A stretch of 64,000 bases of DNA from Eledone cirrhosa (GCA_964016885.1 OZ024741.1:60512001-60576000), one strand, 5' to 3'. Numbered from the stretch's first letter, positions 26,003 through 39,136 are shown. The notes: generated by a model from the letters alone, not told the origin. Numbers and translations: made by a program.

Positions 26003-26934
26003 GTAGCAGTGGTACCCGGCGTTGCACGGGATAAGGTATTTTGGAACGCGGGCCGCCAACAGACCTAATCGTGGAAAAACTGCATGCCTGGACAATATTT
26101 AAAGAAAATAACCCGAATACTCTGATGGCTGGATAATCTTTAAGATTTTCCTCGATGAAGCTGGAAAAATGCAGGTTTTCACCTAACGCGGGCCCTAGGG
26201 GATCAATAAAATGATTTTTTTTATGTGCATAATATGCCTTGAAATTTCGGGAACATCGGCTAGACGTAACGCCTCAAAAAAGGCATGAAAAGCTGAAAAA
26301 ATGAAAAAATGAAAAAATGAAGTTTTTCACATAATGTGGGCCCTAGGCCATAAAAAAGTTGGATTTTCTTTGCTCACGGTATGAAGAAGAGACTGACTAT
26401 TACATAGTTACAATTTCAAGGAAATCGGTCTGACGTAAAGCCTCAAAAATCCCCTAAAAACCTGAAGAAACGCAGTTTTTCACTAGGGGATGAAAAAGTT
26501 GAACTTTTTTATGTGCATAACACTCCCTGAAACATAAGTAATACACATGTAAAGTTTGAAAAAAGTCGGTTGGGTACTTCTCGAGTTTTAGGGATTCAAA
26601 CTCACAGACACACGCACACACACAGAAAGACATCCTCAGGGAAGTGACGTAATGCAGGCAGTCAGACATACAGACAGATATTATAAGGATGCGACGTTAT
26701 ATGTATGTATCTATCTAAAAAGAGAAAGACTAAGAATTATAGAGACAGATGGCTAAATCGCCTAATGCGATCACTAGGGCATTGAAAATTTGAAATTTTC
26801 TTTGCTCAGAACACTCCCTGAAACATAAGTATTACATGTGTAAAGTTTGAAAACAGTCGGTTTGGGTGGTTCTCGAGTTTTAGGGATTCAAACTCACACA
26901 CAAACACAGACATCCTCAGTTTTATTTATATAGA
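26003..26934 (-). mobile_element. Non-autonomous Helitron-like element with duplicated 5' end
   Basis: minus: A|TCtatataaataaaactgaggatgtc at 26934; second 5'-region copy ending ~26640; 3' hairpin cccgtgcaacgccggg then CTAC(T). Confidence 0.75.
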
Positions 26935-26993
26935 TGGTGAGAGAACATTATACGACTGGAAGATTTGTGTATGTATACAAACACCCCCACCAC

Positions 26994-27052
<59 letters not shown>

Positions 27053-27127
27053 AGTCCCGTGTTCAATCGGGGGTAACTACAGTACTCAATACATTAGTAG
27101 GGTGTATACAACATTGTTATACATATA

Positions 27128-27211
<84 letters not shown>

Positions 27212-27244
27212 TTGTACATTGCTTGAAGCATTGTTTAATGTGAG

Positions 27245-27440
27245 GCACAAATTTAAATTTCGTAAGACCAAAATAATGCGCTATGAAGATTGTTAAATTT
27301 CCAAGATAACAAAAGTATCTTACCTTAGCGAATTTAACAATATTTTGGATCGTTAAATTTCCTAACGTAAGATTCTTTTGTCATCTTGACAATTTAACAA
27401 TCATAAAGCATTATTTTGGTGTTCAAAATTTAAATGTGTG

Positions 27441-27441
<1 letters not shown>
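27245..27441. repeat. ~200-bp imperfect palindrome between (TA)n tracts
   Basis: ccaaaataatgc..attgttaaatt..caagataacaaaag.atcttac versus gtaagattcttttgtcatcttg..aatttaacaat..gcattattttgg. Confidence 0.8.
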
Positions 27442-27476
<35 letters not shown>

Positions 27477-27479
<3 letters not shown>

Positions 27480-27561
27480 TTGAAAAAAATGAAAACGAAA
27501 TTTCATTTCTCACTCTTAGTATGCATATATATGTATGTGTACCTGTATGCATATGTGTATA

Positions 27562-27592
<31 letters not shown>

Positions 27593-27645
27593 GCATGCTA
27601 CTGTACGTCTGTATACATATATGTATGTACGTATACATACATACT

Positions 27646-27650
<5 letters not shown>
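27477..27650. repeat. Dispersed, internally inverted fragment of the 56.7-64 kb array monomer
   Basis: aaatgaaaacgaaatttcatttctcactcttagta in forward orientation, then atgcatgctactgtacgtctgtatac in reverse orientation. Confidence 0.85.
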
Positions 27651-27706
<56 letters not shown>

Positions 27707-28387
27707 GACACACATTTTTAGGTATGTCTTTGCGTACTTATTCTTTGTATGAAATATTGATTGTTCTTCAGGTATCTTATCTCTGTTTTTAGCCTAAGAA
27801 AATACCTATATGCGTGTATAAATAATACATGCAAATATTTATTTTTTTTATATCCAATTGAGTTCTTCACGCATGGTTAAAATTATTGAAAGAATTAATT
27901 GACCCGCGTGCATATTATTTTATTCTTTTATGTTTTGCGATGACCACCCCTTTTCGCTTGATGGCAGTGTGTGATTTCTCATTGTGAGAATGCTGGAATT
28001 TCAAATTTGGCGGTCATTCTAGCACGGAGGGGTACCATGGCTGAACATTAATATAGGTAAGGTTTTTTTTATATCGACATTTATCGGGCATCCACTGATG
28101 ATTTATAAGTGCCCACCTACATATATTCCTACGGGCTATGTGTAGGCTTCTACATAACCTGGACATTATTTTCCCATTTTGTAGAAAACTTATAATGAAA
28201 CGATCGTTTGGAAAGAGAGATGTATTTTAATTATGTCTCATAAAATAATACAACTGGCTATCCGCAAAATATGTATAGTTAGCACCCCAAACGTATAATT
28301 GGGATTATACTAAGGTATATCCTAATGTTTGTTGAGTGAGACGGAAGCCGGTCGGAGTATTGCTTAAATCTTTCTCTGTTAATGTAT

Positions 28388-28512
<125 letters not shown>

Positions 28513-28879
28513 CTATGTATGTATAAGCGTGTATGTAAGTATTTAACGTCTGTTTTTCCTGCTTATACTGGTTTGATAGATTTCGGCCTAAATTTGCCTA
28601 GACTATATCTAACTTAGAGGATTCCCTGGTGGAGTCTTTCAAATTCTCATTAGCACCCTGTCATGCTTTCGACACCATTGTCCACTTGAATAAAAAGTTG
28701 TTGATAATTATGTCCGTCGAATATTTAACATCAATCCACGAATATCTGACGTCTCATCGCTGAAACTGACAGAGGATTTATTATCATCATATACAACAGT
28801 ATTATGCAGGTAACGACGTACATATAATTTAATTGGATTAAGTATCTAATACTGTAAATGTTTTATATAACATATTTTG

Positions 28880-29140
28880 TTGGAGCTCCGTCGGTTCCTG
28901 CTCGTGAAACTAATGAGCAACTAACAGACACGTTTTTGCATACATAATTCTCGGGAATATTTAGCATAACTCAGGATGTGACAAGATTGGCCCTTTGAAT
29001 CACAGGTACAACTCATTCTTGCAAGCTAGAGCAATGTAAAAATGTGTCTTGCTCAAGGGAGCAACGTGCCGCCGGGAATCAAACTCAGGACTTTACGATC
29101 GTTGGCCGAACACTCTTAACAAAACCGCCACGTGCATTCA
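28880..29140 (-). mobile_element. tRNA-derived SINE (family S2)
   Basis: ggccctttgaatcacaggtacaactc..gtgtcttgctcaagg..ccgggaatcaaactc (B-box on minus). Confidence 0.6.
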
Positions 29141-30036
29141 CGTATAACATTAATCTTGTGTTGTGTTTATTGAAATACAATTGTCGCCGAAATTTATTCC
29201 TCTCTCAATATCTCTAAAGATGTACAACATATAATTACATTCTTTTTAATAATTAGAAAATTATTGCTTACGAAAGGATATTTACGTTAATGATAAGGTC
29301 ATTAATAGCTATTGACTAGGTGGATAATTAAATGATTAAATGACTGAAGGATTGACTAATAAATCATAAACTGTCACTTAAAACAACAAGGGGGCTGCGT
29401 AGTAGCAATTTGATTGGGCTAGGGGAAATCTGCTCTCATAATATCGATCGATCAATTCAACATTGTCGGTTCTAACCACCTGTCCTGTTGTCCGATCAAC
29501 GAAACAGCTTGCTCATTAAATTAACAGAATCAGCATGGCAGTATGTGACAAGGTTAGCCCTTTGAAGTACAGGTACAGTTTATTCAACTGGCTTCCAAAT
29601 AATTTCCATCTACCTACTTTTACTCACAAGGCAAGAGTCGACACGTGACTACTGTAAATTACATATGCTCAAGAGATCACGCGGTGGGATTGAACTTCGT
29701 AATCATTGAATGATAACGAAGTGGGTCTCTTAACAATTCGGCTATTTTGCACCCACCGTCAAAACAATGTAAATGATGAACACTCACACTCTTGCTCCGT
29801 TTATTGTCCGTACGTCTACCGTGTTGATTTTTGCATTCCTACACATATCTTAACCAGGGAATGGACATATTCTCCTTGGCACACTGACATCCTGGATTGA
29901 GCCACCATCTTGCCAGTAACGGAATATACGATCACCCAAATTTCTTTTCCAGTTTGAAGGTGTTGCATTCTTTCTGGCCTCTGTCGTATTTGTTCTTTTG
30001 TCCTTTTTACACACACACACATATATATATATATAT

Positions 30037-30097
30037 AGGAGGAAGTGTGACCCCGACGGCAGAGCCCAAGCCGTTTCGACGGCTATTTCTGGACTAA
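30037..30097 (-). repeat. Family X fragment directly joined to a tRNA-like sequence
   Basis: gaccccgacggcagagcccaagccgtttcgacggctatttctggactaa. Confidence 0.85.
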
Positions 30098-30100
30098 AGA

Positions 30101-30173
30101 GCCTCCATAGCTCAGAGGTTAGAGCACTGGTCTTATAAACCAGGAGTCGTGAGTTCAATTCTCACTGGGGGCT
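30101..30173 (+). tRNA. tRNA-Thr(TGT)-derived copy or pseudogene with anticodon read as TAT
   Basis: Full cloverleaf: acceptor gcctcca/tgggggc, D arm gctc/gagc, anticodon arm ctggt-ctTATaa-accag, T arm gtgag-ttcaatt-ctcac; body resembles eukaryotic tRNA-Thr-TGT. Confidence 0.75.
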
Positions 30174-30184
30174 TTGATAATTCG

Positions 30185-30227
<43 letters not shown>

Positions 30228-30289
30228 ATATATATGTATATATATATATATATAAATATAGATATATACATACATATATATATATACAT

Positions 30290-30432
<143 letters not shown>

Positions 30433-30875
30433 AAATCAAGGTCTAGCAAATAGAGAAAAAGTTTTTAAATAAATTTTAAAAAGTTCGCTGTACTTACTAT
30501 ATGTGCCTTTACCGCGCGGTTTCAAATCGCAAAATAAAGCGGATTTACATTGAGAAGGCTCTTCTCACTCGAAGAATATAAAATTACCGAGTTCAAATCA
30601 CAAACTGACGCCATACAAAACTGTTCCCGGATGAGAGTGAATGAGAAAAGAAACAGTTTTGTCTAGTGCCGTGTGTAAAGACAGAAGGCATAGCGGACAG
30701 GTCAATGTCCTGCCACTAGAAATAGCAGCAGTTCAAACGACCAAATGTTATCTCAACCTGATTTTATGTTCTGGCTTGTTAATTTATTAACGCGCCATAG
30801 AACCACATTGGTATACGGTTGGATAATACTTGTTTCCCTATATGTATTTTTTACACGTAGGAACACATACTTTAT

Positions 30876-30926
<51 letters not shown>

Positions 30927-30993
30927 ATATGTCCCAAGGCTCTGATACCATCAACACTATACACACAGAGCTGGCATATCTAAGAACTGACTA

Positions 30994-31049
30994 ACTGCCT
31001 GATGAGGTCATAGCCATTCAATGGATTTCATCGAAATATATATAGCAGT
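30994..31049 (+). ncRNA. Type I hammerhead motif
   Basis: actgc-CTGATGA-ggt..ccattcaatgg..atc-GAAA-tatata-TA-gcagt. Confidence 0.75.
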
Positions 31050-31090
31050 AAATAAAGGATTATGAGTTCATGCAATTGACTTATGTTTCG

Positions 31091-31155
<65 letters not shown>

Positions 31156-31205
31156 TAATAAAATAATGAATAAACAAAGAAACAGTTCCTTATATTAAAA
31201 AAATT

Positions 31206-31345
31206 CATCATTTTACGATCGTTTCTAGGATATATATGTGTTAGAGTTGGTATGCATATTCTATAGATCTATGTACAATATGTATACAAACTATCAGAGG
31301 GAATATACATACCTACACATATATATACTGTCTTCAGAAATAATG
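31206..31345 (-). ncRNA. Type I hammerhead motif with ~105-nt stem II, downstream of a PLE endonuclease
   Basis: minus: cattattt-CTGAAGA-[atatatatgtgt..ggtatgtatatt/aatatgcatacc..acacatatatat]-GAAA-cgatcg-TA-aaatgatg. Confidence 0.8.
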
Positions 31346-32131
31346 ATATTTGTTTATTGAAAAAAACAAAGATTCAATACAATAGGTCTGTTTGGGAACA
31401 GGTTTTGAATTGACCAATAGAGAGATAGTGAGGGTCAGGATAGTAATATAGTAGTAGAAGAACCTTAAATTATGGGTAGAGGAAGGTAGATTTCAGTTTT
31501 GGATGGAAAAGAATATTATGATTGAAGGATTATTTTAGGGAAGAAATAGGTCTTATGCTGACCTCAGAAATAATTTTATTTGTTCATTGAATAAAACCAA
31601 CAAAGATCTAATATATTCTGTCTGTTTGGTAAGAGGTTTAGAATTAACCAATAGAAAGTTAATAATTGGCCAAATGGTAAAATAGTAGTAATTAAAGCTT
31701 ATTTTAGGGGTGAAAATAGGTCAGGTGGTCAATAAAAGGTATACAAGCAGTTGCTGTTATAAAATAGTAATGCCAGTACAAATATCTATGGTGACTAAAG
31801 TTTTAAGATAAGAATGTTAGTGAAAAAAATACATCTATGAAAAGAATATAAATTAATTTAATTGATGGGTATATTTATATTGATAAAATTATACTAATAC
31901 ATATAGATATGATAAATAAGAGTTAGATGCAGTTGAAAAGTGCTGTTAAAGATGAGGGGAAATTAAAAGAATATAAAAATAATATATATATATATACTTA
32001 TACATATATATATATACATATACATACACATACACACATATATACATATACATATATACACTTATATATATACATATATATACATATATATACACACATA
32101 CACACATATATATATATATATACATACATAT

Positions 32132-32170
<39 letters not shown>

Positions 32171-32639
32171 GATATATACATGCACACATACATACATACA
32201 TACACATATATATACAAACACATATACGCTCATATATACATATAATTATTGGGGGGGCATTAAATTTATTAGTGAGAAATAGTAAATATATATAGTTATC
32301 AAGGAACATAGAGTCATAACCTGAAGTTAAAGCATTATATATGTTTACTTAATGGTATCAGTTTTAGGAAATGATATTTGTAAGAAGGAAAGCAAAATTA
32401 TGTAGTTCATCAGTAGTAGAATATTAATTATAGGTTAACTAAATAAAAAAATGATAGGTTAACTAAATTAAAAATAGTATTATATTAATTTCTAAAGTGT
32501 ATATTAATTAGGTTTATAATTTTGAAAGCAGAATTATGTAGTTCATCAATAGTAGAATATTAATTATCGGTTAACTAAATTAAAAATAATTTATAAATTA
32601 ATTTCTAAAGTGTATATTAATTAGGTTTATAATATTTAA

Positions 32640-33460
32640 AGGTTTTTCTCAGTTTATGATTACACGATATTATTGAATTCCTGTCGCTTATTTAATAGGA
32701 TATCCTTAGATTTCATTATTTCAAAAAGTTCTTGGGAACATAATCTACATTCATTTCTACTATTTTGATAAGGGGTGGCCCTTTTGAGCACACTCCAGGT
32801 CAGGTCATATTCTATATTCCTCTTTCTATAACTATTTATTATTTCAGCTAGAGATGTTGTATTAGCTATGTTTGTGGGTATTAAATCTTACCTTAAATTT
32901 GTTAGAGGTAGCTCCTATATATGAATAAATTGAGTCCTTAGTGTTAACTTTACATTTATATACTATGTTATTAACAAGGCAATTTCCTTTTAATGGACAG
33001 TTTGCCTTGTTTCTACAGTTACAACTTTTCGTGAATCCTGTATCTGAGGAGATATTATGGTTAGTTTGATGTACTGGTGGTATACTCATGGTTTTTTTAC
33101 ATTTATATGCATTATAGGTACTTATATTTTGTTTTATGTTTTTTGTTGTTGAGTAGGAGAATTTAACCGTTGATCTATTTAAGATTTGATGGTATTTGTG
33201 GTTTGGCGGGAAGTTTTTCTCTAGGATATTAAAGAATTTTTTAGGTATATTATCCTTAATTTGTAAATTAAATGGAGCATTATACCAAGTAACTCGTCTA
33301 TTACGGTTTCGATGTTGTTTATTGTTTTTATAGGATGCATCCTGATGTTTATTAATAGAATTATTGTTAATGACCTCACCACACACATTTTTAGTTAGAT
33401 TTATTGATTTAGGTGTTTTAGCTTGTTTATTAGGAGTTTTATTATTAACATTTATTAGAC
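32640..33460 (-). mobile_element. Penelope-like element 3' part: RT thumb/linker plus GIY-YIG endonuclease (degenerate)
   Basis: ORF 32862-33386: VTWYNAPF..KFSYSTTKN..CNCRNKANCPLKGNCLVNNIVYKC..YIGATSNKFKVRFNTHKHS; continues broken as YDLTWSVLKRATPY..CRLCSQE..LLNKRQE..CNH. Confidence 0.88.
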
Positions 33461-33583
33461 TCTGTTTTCCGTTTATTTTTCACCGAAAGTAGTTTTTGAA
33501 TGCATCTTCTCTTTTCATGATATCCGGATTACATTGAGTTCTTCATACGCATTGGACACTACCGTAAACTTTTGGTAGATTTA

Positions 33584-33618
<35 letters not shown>

Positions 33619-33632
33619 TGGCTGCCAACTCG

Positions 33633-33702
<70 letters not shown>

Positions 33703-33965
33703 GTCTTTAAGACTATACAGAGCATAATAGTTTTGCCAAATTGAAGTATGAGTATTTTAAAATTTATTGTATTCTGAGTTAAGGCTCTATTGATTTTTCC
33801 CTGGATTTCACCAACTTCTGTGGATGAATATATATCCTGATTCTTTTTGAATTGAGTTTGAATAATTTTCCCACATCTTACGTTAACTATTTTTCCATTT
33901 TGATGCTATAGTCACTTATATATTATGGAATACTGTTGGCATCTTGCTACAATAATTTCTATACT

Positions 33966-34067
<102 letters not shown>

Positions 34068-34068
34068 T

Positions 34069-34151
<83 letters not shown>

Positions 34152-34159
34152 ATATATAT

Positions 34160-34702
34160 ATATGGTGGCTGCCAACTCGTTTTCGAGTACGGCCACTACT
34201 TTATATCCATGTAGGAGAACCTCTACCGATGCGCTGAACGATTGTGACATTTTACTCCAGCCCGCGACTTGAAAACTCTGGTACAAACATAGTGCTGGGC
34301 CCTTGGTACCATGTGAGGACAAGTGCAGAGAGATCTCCAGATATAAAGCAATGCCTGTGCCGTGAAGCTTTTATAGTGAGCAAAGGCACTGCACAAAACC
34401 AGTCCCACTCTCTTAACCAAGCTGATATTTAACAAAAAGTAGAACAAGACAACATCATTGGATACCATTCTGCCTTGACAAAGACTAAGAGGTCATCTCT
34501 CCCGTTGATTTTGGATGGCCATTGACCCTTAAGAGATCCTTTGCCCTTTGACAGGTTTTGTTTTTAGTCCTGCAGGATGTCCAAAGTCACCCTCCTCACC
34601 AAGAAACCTTGGTAGGGTTGCCAGTTTAGTCGCCAACGACGTGACAATGGGACAGGTTGTACTGGGATACATGTTACCAGTAGCACCAACTGGTGACCTG
34701 AC
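34160..34702 (-). mobile_element. Insert in (TA)n, possibly the 5' UTR region of an RTE-type LINE
   Basis: GC-richer block bounded by TA repeats; its start (atggtggctgccaactcgt) is duplicated at ~33615; family assignment is from resemblance only. Confidence 0.35.
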
Positions 34703-34756
34703 ATACATATATATATATATATACATACATACACACACACATATATATATATACAC

Positions 34757-34878
<122 letters not shown>

Positions 34879-35137
34879 GTATATATATATATATGTATAT
34901 ATATATAAATACATACATACATACACATATATATATATACATATAAATATATATATATATATATATATAAAGAATTAGTATATCTACTAACATATATATT
35001 CAGATGCATACCTATGCCAGCAAATATATAGGTTTTGTCTTAGTAACTTTGTGGTTCAATGCATGGGGATGCAGAACAATAATATGAGAGACGTAAAATA
35101 GGAAAATTATAAAAATTAACTTACTTACTAAAATTTC

Positions 35138-35219
35138 ACTACAACTAATTAGTTTCTGAAAGGGGATAAACATAGTTTCCGAAGAAACGTACGGAGAAGC
35201 CTTTCGTCATCAGGGAAGT
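35138..35219 (-). ncRNA. Hammerhead motif, family R2
   Basis: minus: acttcc-CTGATGA-cgaaagg..cctttca-GAAA-ctaattag-TT-gtagt. Confidence 0.7.
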
Positions 35220-35569
35220 CTATTCTCAGCTAAGTTTCCAGGCAATACGTGGACACAGAGAACTTATACAAAAATAATTCAGTGGATGGAAAAAAGCAAA
35301 GCGTGGACTAAGTTCCAAGCCATTGAAAAAATTACTGCCTACTGCGTCGGTGGCAAATTCAAAAGAATCAATCACGTGACATCGAGGTCAATCAGTGAAG
35401 AGTGGTTTGTTAAGAAGACAGCAGCCGGACCGTTACTATGAACTATAGTAGCAGTTTTGGCCAATTTTGGCTCGACAAAATAATTTGGAGATAATTATAA
35501 AGAATTAGTATATCTACAAACATATATATACAGATGCATACCTATGCCTGGAAACTTAGCTGAGAATAG

Positions 35570-35651
35570 ACTTCCCTGATGACGAAAGGCTTATCCGTAC
35601 GTTTCTTCGGAAACTATGTTTATCCCCTTTCAGAAAATAATTAGTTGGAGT
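35570..35651 (+). ncRNA. Hammerhead motif, family R2 (stem III point change)
   Basis: acttcc-CTGATGA-cgaaagg..cctttca-GAAA-ataattag-TT-ggagt. Confidence 0.7.
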
Positions 35652-36099
35652 GAAATTTTAGTAAGTAAGTTAATTTTTATAATTTTCTTATTTTACGTCT
35701 CTAATATTATTGTTCTGCATCCCCATGCATTGAACCACAAAGTTACTAAGACAAAACCTATATATTTGCTGGCATAGGTATGCATCTGTATATATATGTT
35801 AGTAGATATACTAATTCTTTATAATTATCTCCAAATTATTTTGTCGAGCCAAAATTGGCCAAAACTGCTACTATAGTTCATAGTAACGGTCCGGCTGCTG
35901 TCTTCTTAACAAACCACTCTTCACTGATTGACCTCGATGTCACGTGATTGATTCTTTTGAATTTGCCACCGACGCAGTAGGCAGTGATTTTTTCAATGGC
36001 TTGGAACTTAGTCCACGCTTTGCTTTTTTCCATCCACTGAATTATTTTTGTATAAGTTCCCTGTGTCCACGTATTGCCTGGAAACTTAGCTGAGAATAG

Positions 36100-36181
36100 A
36101 CTTCCCTGATGACGAAAAGCTTCTCCGTACGTTTCTTCGGAAATTATATTTATCCCCTTTCAGAAACTAATTAGTTGGAGT
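36100..36181 (+). ncRNA. Hammerhead motif, family R2
   Basis: acttcc-CTGATGA-cgaaaag..cctttca-GAAA-ctaattag-TT-ggagt. Confidence 0.75.
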
Positions 36182-36623
36182 AAAATTTTAGTAAGTAAGT
36201 TAATTTTTATAATTTTCTTATTTTACGTCTCTCATGTTATTGTTCTGCATCCCCATGAATGGAACCACAAAGTTACTAAGACAAAACCTATATATTTGCT
36301 GGCATAGGTATGCATCCGTATATATATGTTAGTAGAAATACTAATTCTTTATAATTATCTCCAAATTATTTTGTCGAGCCAAAATTGGCCAAAACTGCTA
36401 CTATAGTTCATAGTAACGGTCCGGCTGCTGTCTTCTTAACAAACCACTCTTCACTGATTGACCTCGATGTCACGTGATTGATTCTTTTGAATTTGCCACC
36501 GACGCAGTAGGCAGTGATTTTTTCAATGGCTTGGAACTTAGTCCACGCTTTGCTTTTTTCCATCAACTGAATTATTTTTGTATAAGTTCCCTGTGTATTG
36601 CCTGGAAATTTAGCTGAGAATAG

Positions 36624-36707
36624 ACTTCCCTGATGACGAAAAGCTTCTCCGTACGTTTCTTCGGAAACTATGTTTATCCCCTTTCAGAAACTAATATTAG
36701 TTGGAGT
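36624..36707 (+). ncRNA. Hammerhead motif, family R2 (stem III extended to ctaatattag, still palindromic)
   Basis: acttcc-CTGATGA..GAAA-ctaatattag-TT-ggagt. Confidence 0.72.
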
Positions 36708-36759
36708 GAAATTTTAGTAAGTAAGTTAATTTTTATAATTTTCTTATTTTACGTCTCTC

Positions 36760-36821
<62 letters not shown>

Positions 36822-37087
36822 TTTCATTGCCTGTATATATATGTATATATATATGTATATATATATATATATATTATGTTAGGACTGTTTAAATTTATAA
36901 ATACAATATATATCCGTCGTTGAAAGGATACAATATGTGTTATATAGTTATTTGTGTCCAACACTCAGAGAAAAATAATTATTTTACAAACATTCATTTC
37001 AGAATATATTTGCATTAAATACAGTTCGATAATTTTAAACACAGTGAAAAAAGAAAAAGCATTCATATTCTGTTATATTTCCCAACA

Positions 37088-39135
37088 TCTGAGTGAGTTT
37101 CTTGGTCAGTGTCCAAGTCTCAGAAACATAGAGTAGCACAGAGTTCAATGTATCAACGAAGAGACGAATCTTCAAGAATTTACGAATGTCCGACTTCCAC
37201 ACCAATCCCAAACTGTGGCACGCTGCCTAGGCTTTGCACTTCCTCTAAACCACATGATCCTCTGTGTTTCCAATCTTTGCTCCCAGATACAGGAAGTCCT
37301 CCACCAACTCTAGCGGCTTGCCACCTACATTCATTATCTTCTCTGGCTTCTTAATGTTCTCTACCAGATACTTCGTCTTAATCTCATTCATTCTCAGCCC
37401 CACACTCATCGACACAGTCTCCACCTCCTGCATCAACTCTTCTGTGCCCTTCACTGTGTTTGTCACTAGAATTATGTCCTCAACAAATTCAGCATCTGAT
37501 ATCTTTTAAGCCTTAACTCTCCTGCTCTGAGCCAGTGCTACAGCAAAGCCAGAGTATTGGTGTTTCTCCAGCACAAGGCGCATACAATAGTTCACTGCGA
37601 TGATAAAAAGGTAGGGAGCCAATATATCTCCTTGGAGCACTCCAGCCAGTATCTCAAAGAACTCAGTCATCCTGTCAGGTGAATGACTTGGGCTCTTGCG
37701 TTGGTGGAGAGCAGAGATATCAGGTCCACTATCTTCTTGGGGATTCCATAAGCCTGTAAGATCTTCATCAGGGAGTGACAGTCCACAGAATAAAAGGCCT
37801 TCCTAAAGTCAATGAAATCATGACAGCTAGAACGTTCTTTGCTCTAGCTCCCTCTAATATCCTCCTCAGCATCAGGATGTGACTGCTGGTTGATCTTCCC
37901 TCTCTGAAGCCGTTCTGGTTGTCCTTGAACTTCTTCTCCATCTCGGGCTGGATCCTGTTAAGATTCTTCCCGTTGAGGGTTTTTGCTACAAGTGACGTAC
38001 GTGGAATTCCCTGTAGATGTTGGTGTTAGAGGGATATGATTTCTTTGGCACTGGGACGATGCTACTGATTCTCCGCTGATTCGGAGCAACTCCTTTCTCC
38101 AGTTCCTGGTTACAGAACTCCAGGATGATATCATCAAAACCACACCTCTACGTCACCTCTGATGCCACTCTATCTTCTCCATGGGCTTTGACTTTCTTGA
38201 TCTTGGCTATCTAAAGCTGCTCCTGTCTGGCGAAGGTTCCTGTTTCAATATTCAGTTCCTCAAACAGCTGCCTGATCTCCCCAGTGTTCTGGGCTGTGGA
38301 ATACGGCTCTCATAGTATTGTCTTAAAATGGTCCTGCCATTCCCTCTTCCTATACTCGGGCCATGTTCCTTGGATCTGACTCGAACTCTCTCGCTTCCTC
38401 CCTGTGATCTCGTTGATGATCGTCCAGCTCTCTTTACACATAGACCTGTCAACCGTTCTCTCCACATTTCTGATCTTCTCTATCAGCACCTTCTCTCTAA
38501 CCTCAGTGCATGAGGTACAGAGTTCTTCTTTTATCACCTCCATATTCTCCTACCTTTTCTCCGCAGGACTAGCATGGAATTGGTCCTTGGCAGCTTCCAT
38601 GTGTTCTCCGGCTACACACACTTTTGGGTCTGCAGAGCTGACGTTCTTTCCCTTCCACTATCTCCTCGGCACCAGGGTCTCACTTGCTTCTGCAACTACA
38701 GTGGTGAAGTACCCATACCTCCTCGTCACACTCTCCTCAGTCTTTCCAATCTCTCTCTCCTCTGCTTCTCCACACAGAGCACTGAACTTGTTCCTCACTT
38801 CTACTGTGTACCTCTCCTGTAGCGTATTATCCCCCTTGAAAACTCCCCAGTCATAGATTTCTCTCCGAGGCTGAACCATTACTCTTTCTTAAGCTCAGCC
38901 GGACCTCACTCATAACAAGCTGGTGGTCACTGCCCAGTGTACTGAAATAATTGTCTGGTTCTATGTTCAGAACACTATTCAGCCACGTCTTCATCACTAG
39001 AAGGAAATCAATCTGGGACTTGGACAGGTGCATATCAGAGATGTAGGTCCACATCTTCCCCGGCTTCTTCCCAGACCTTAGGCTGGTTGCCATCAAGTTC
39101 ACCTCCAGCAGGGTGTCCCGCAGTAGTCTCCCATT
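37088..39135 (-). mobile_element. RTE-type LINE, inverted 5' segment (APE endonuclease end plus RT), degenerate
   Basis: SQIDFLLV..GSDHQLV (APE); QNGFREGRSTSSHI; ILAGVLQGDILAPYLFII; DFLYLGA; SVLLYVSETWTLTKKL. Confidence 0.88.
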
Positions 39136-39136
39136 T

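Larger units (their letters stand above)
34969..36761. mobile_element. HHR-bearing ~525-bp repeat (family R2): one inverted copy plus ~2.3 tandem copies; retrozyme or PLE pLTR-like
   Basis: Minus copy 34969-35547; plus copies with periods of 530 and 524 bp; embedded in (TA)n. Confidence 0.88.

Noticed and set aside
29816-30000. Open frames resembling an exon or GIY-YIG piece
   Set aside because: The motif match is too weak to call
30101-30173. Functional tRNA-Ile(TAT) gene
   Set aside because: The body is Thr-like, it lacks the intron usual for eukaryotic Ile-TAT and a terminator, and it is embedded in a repeat
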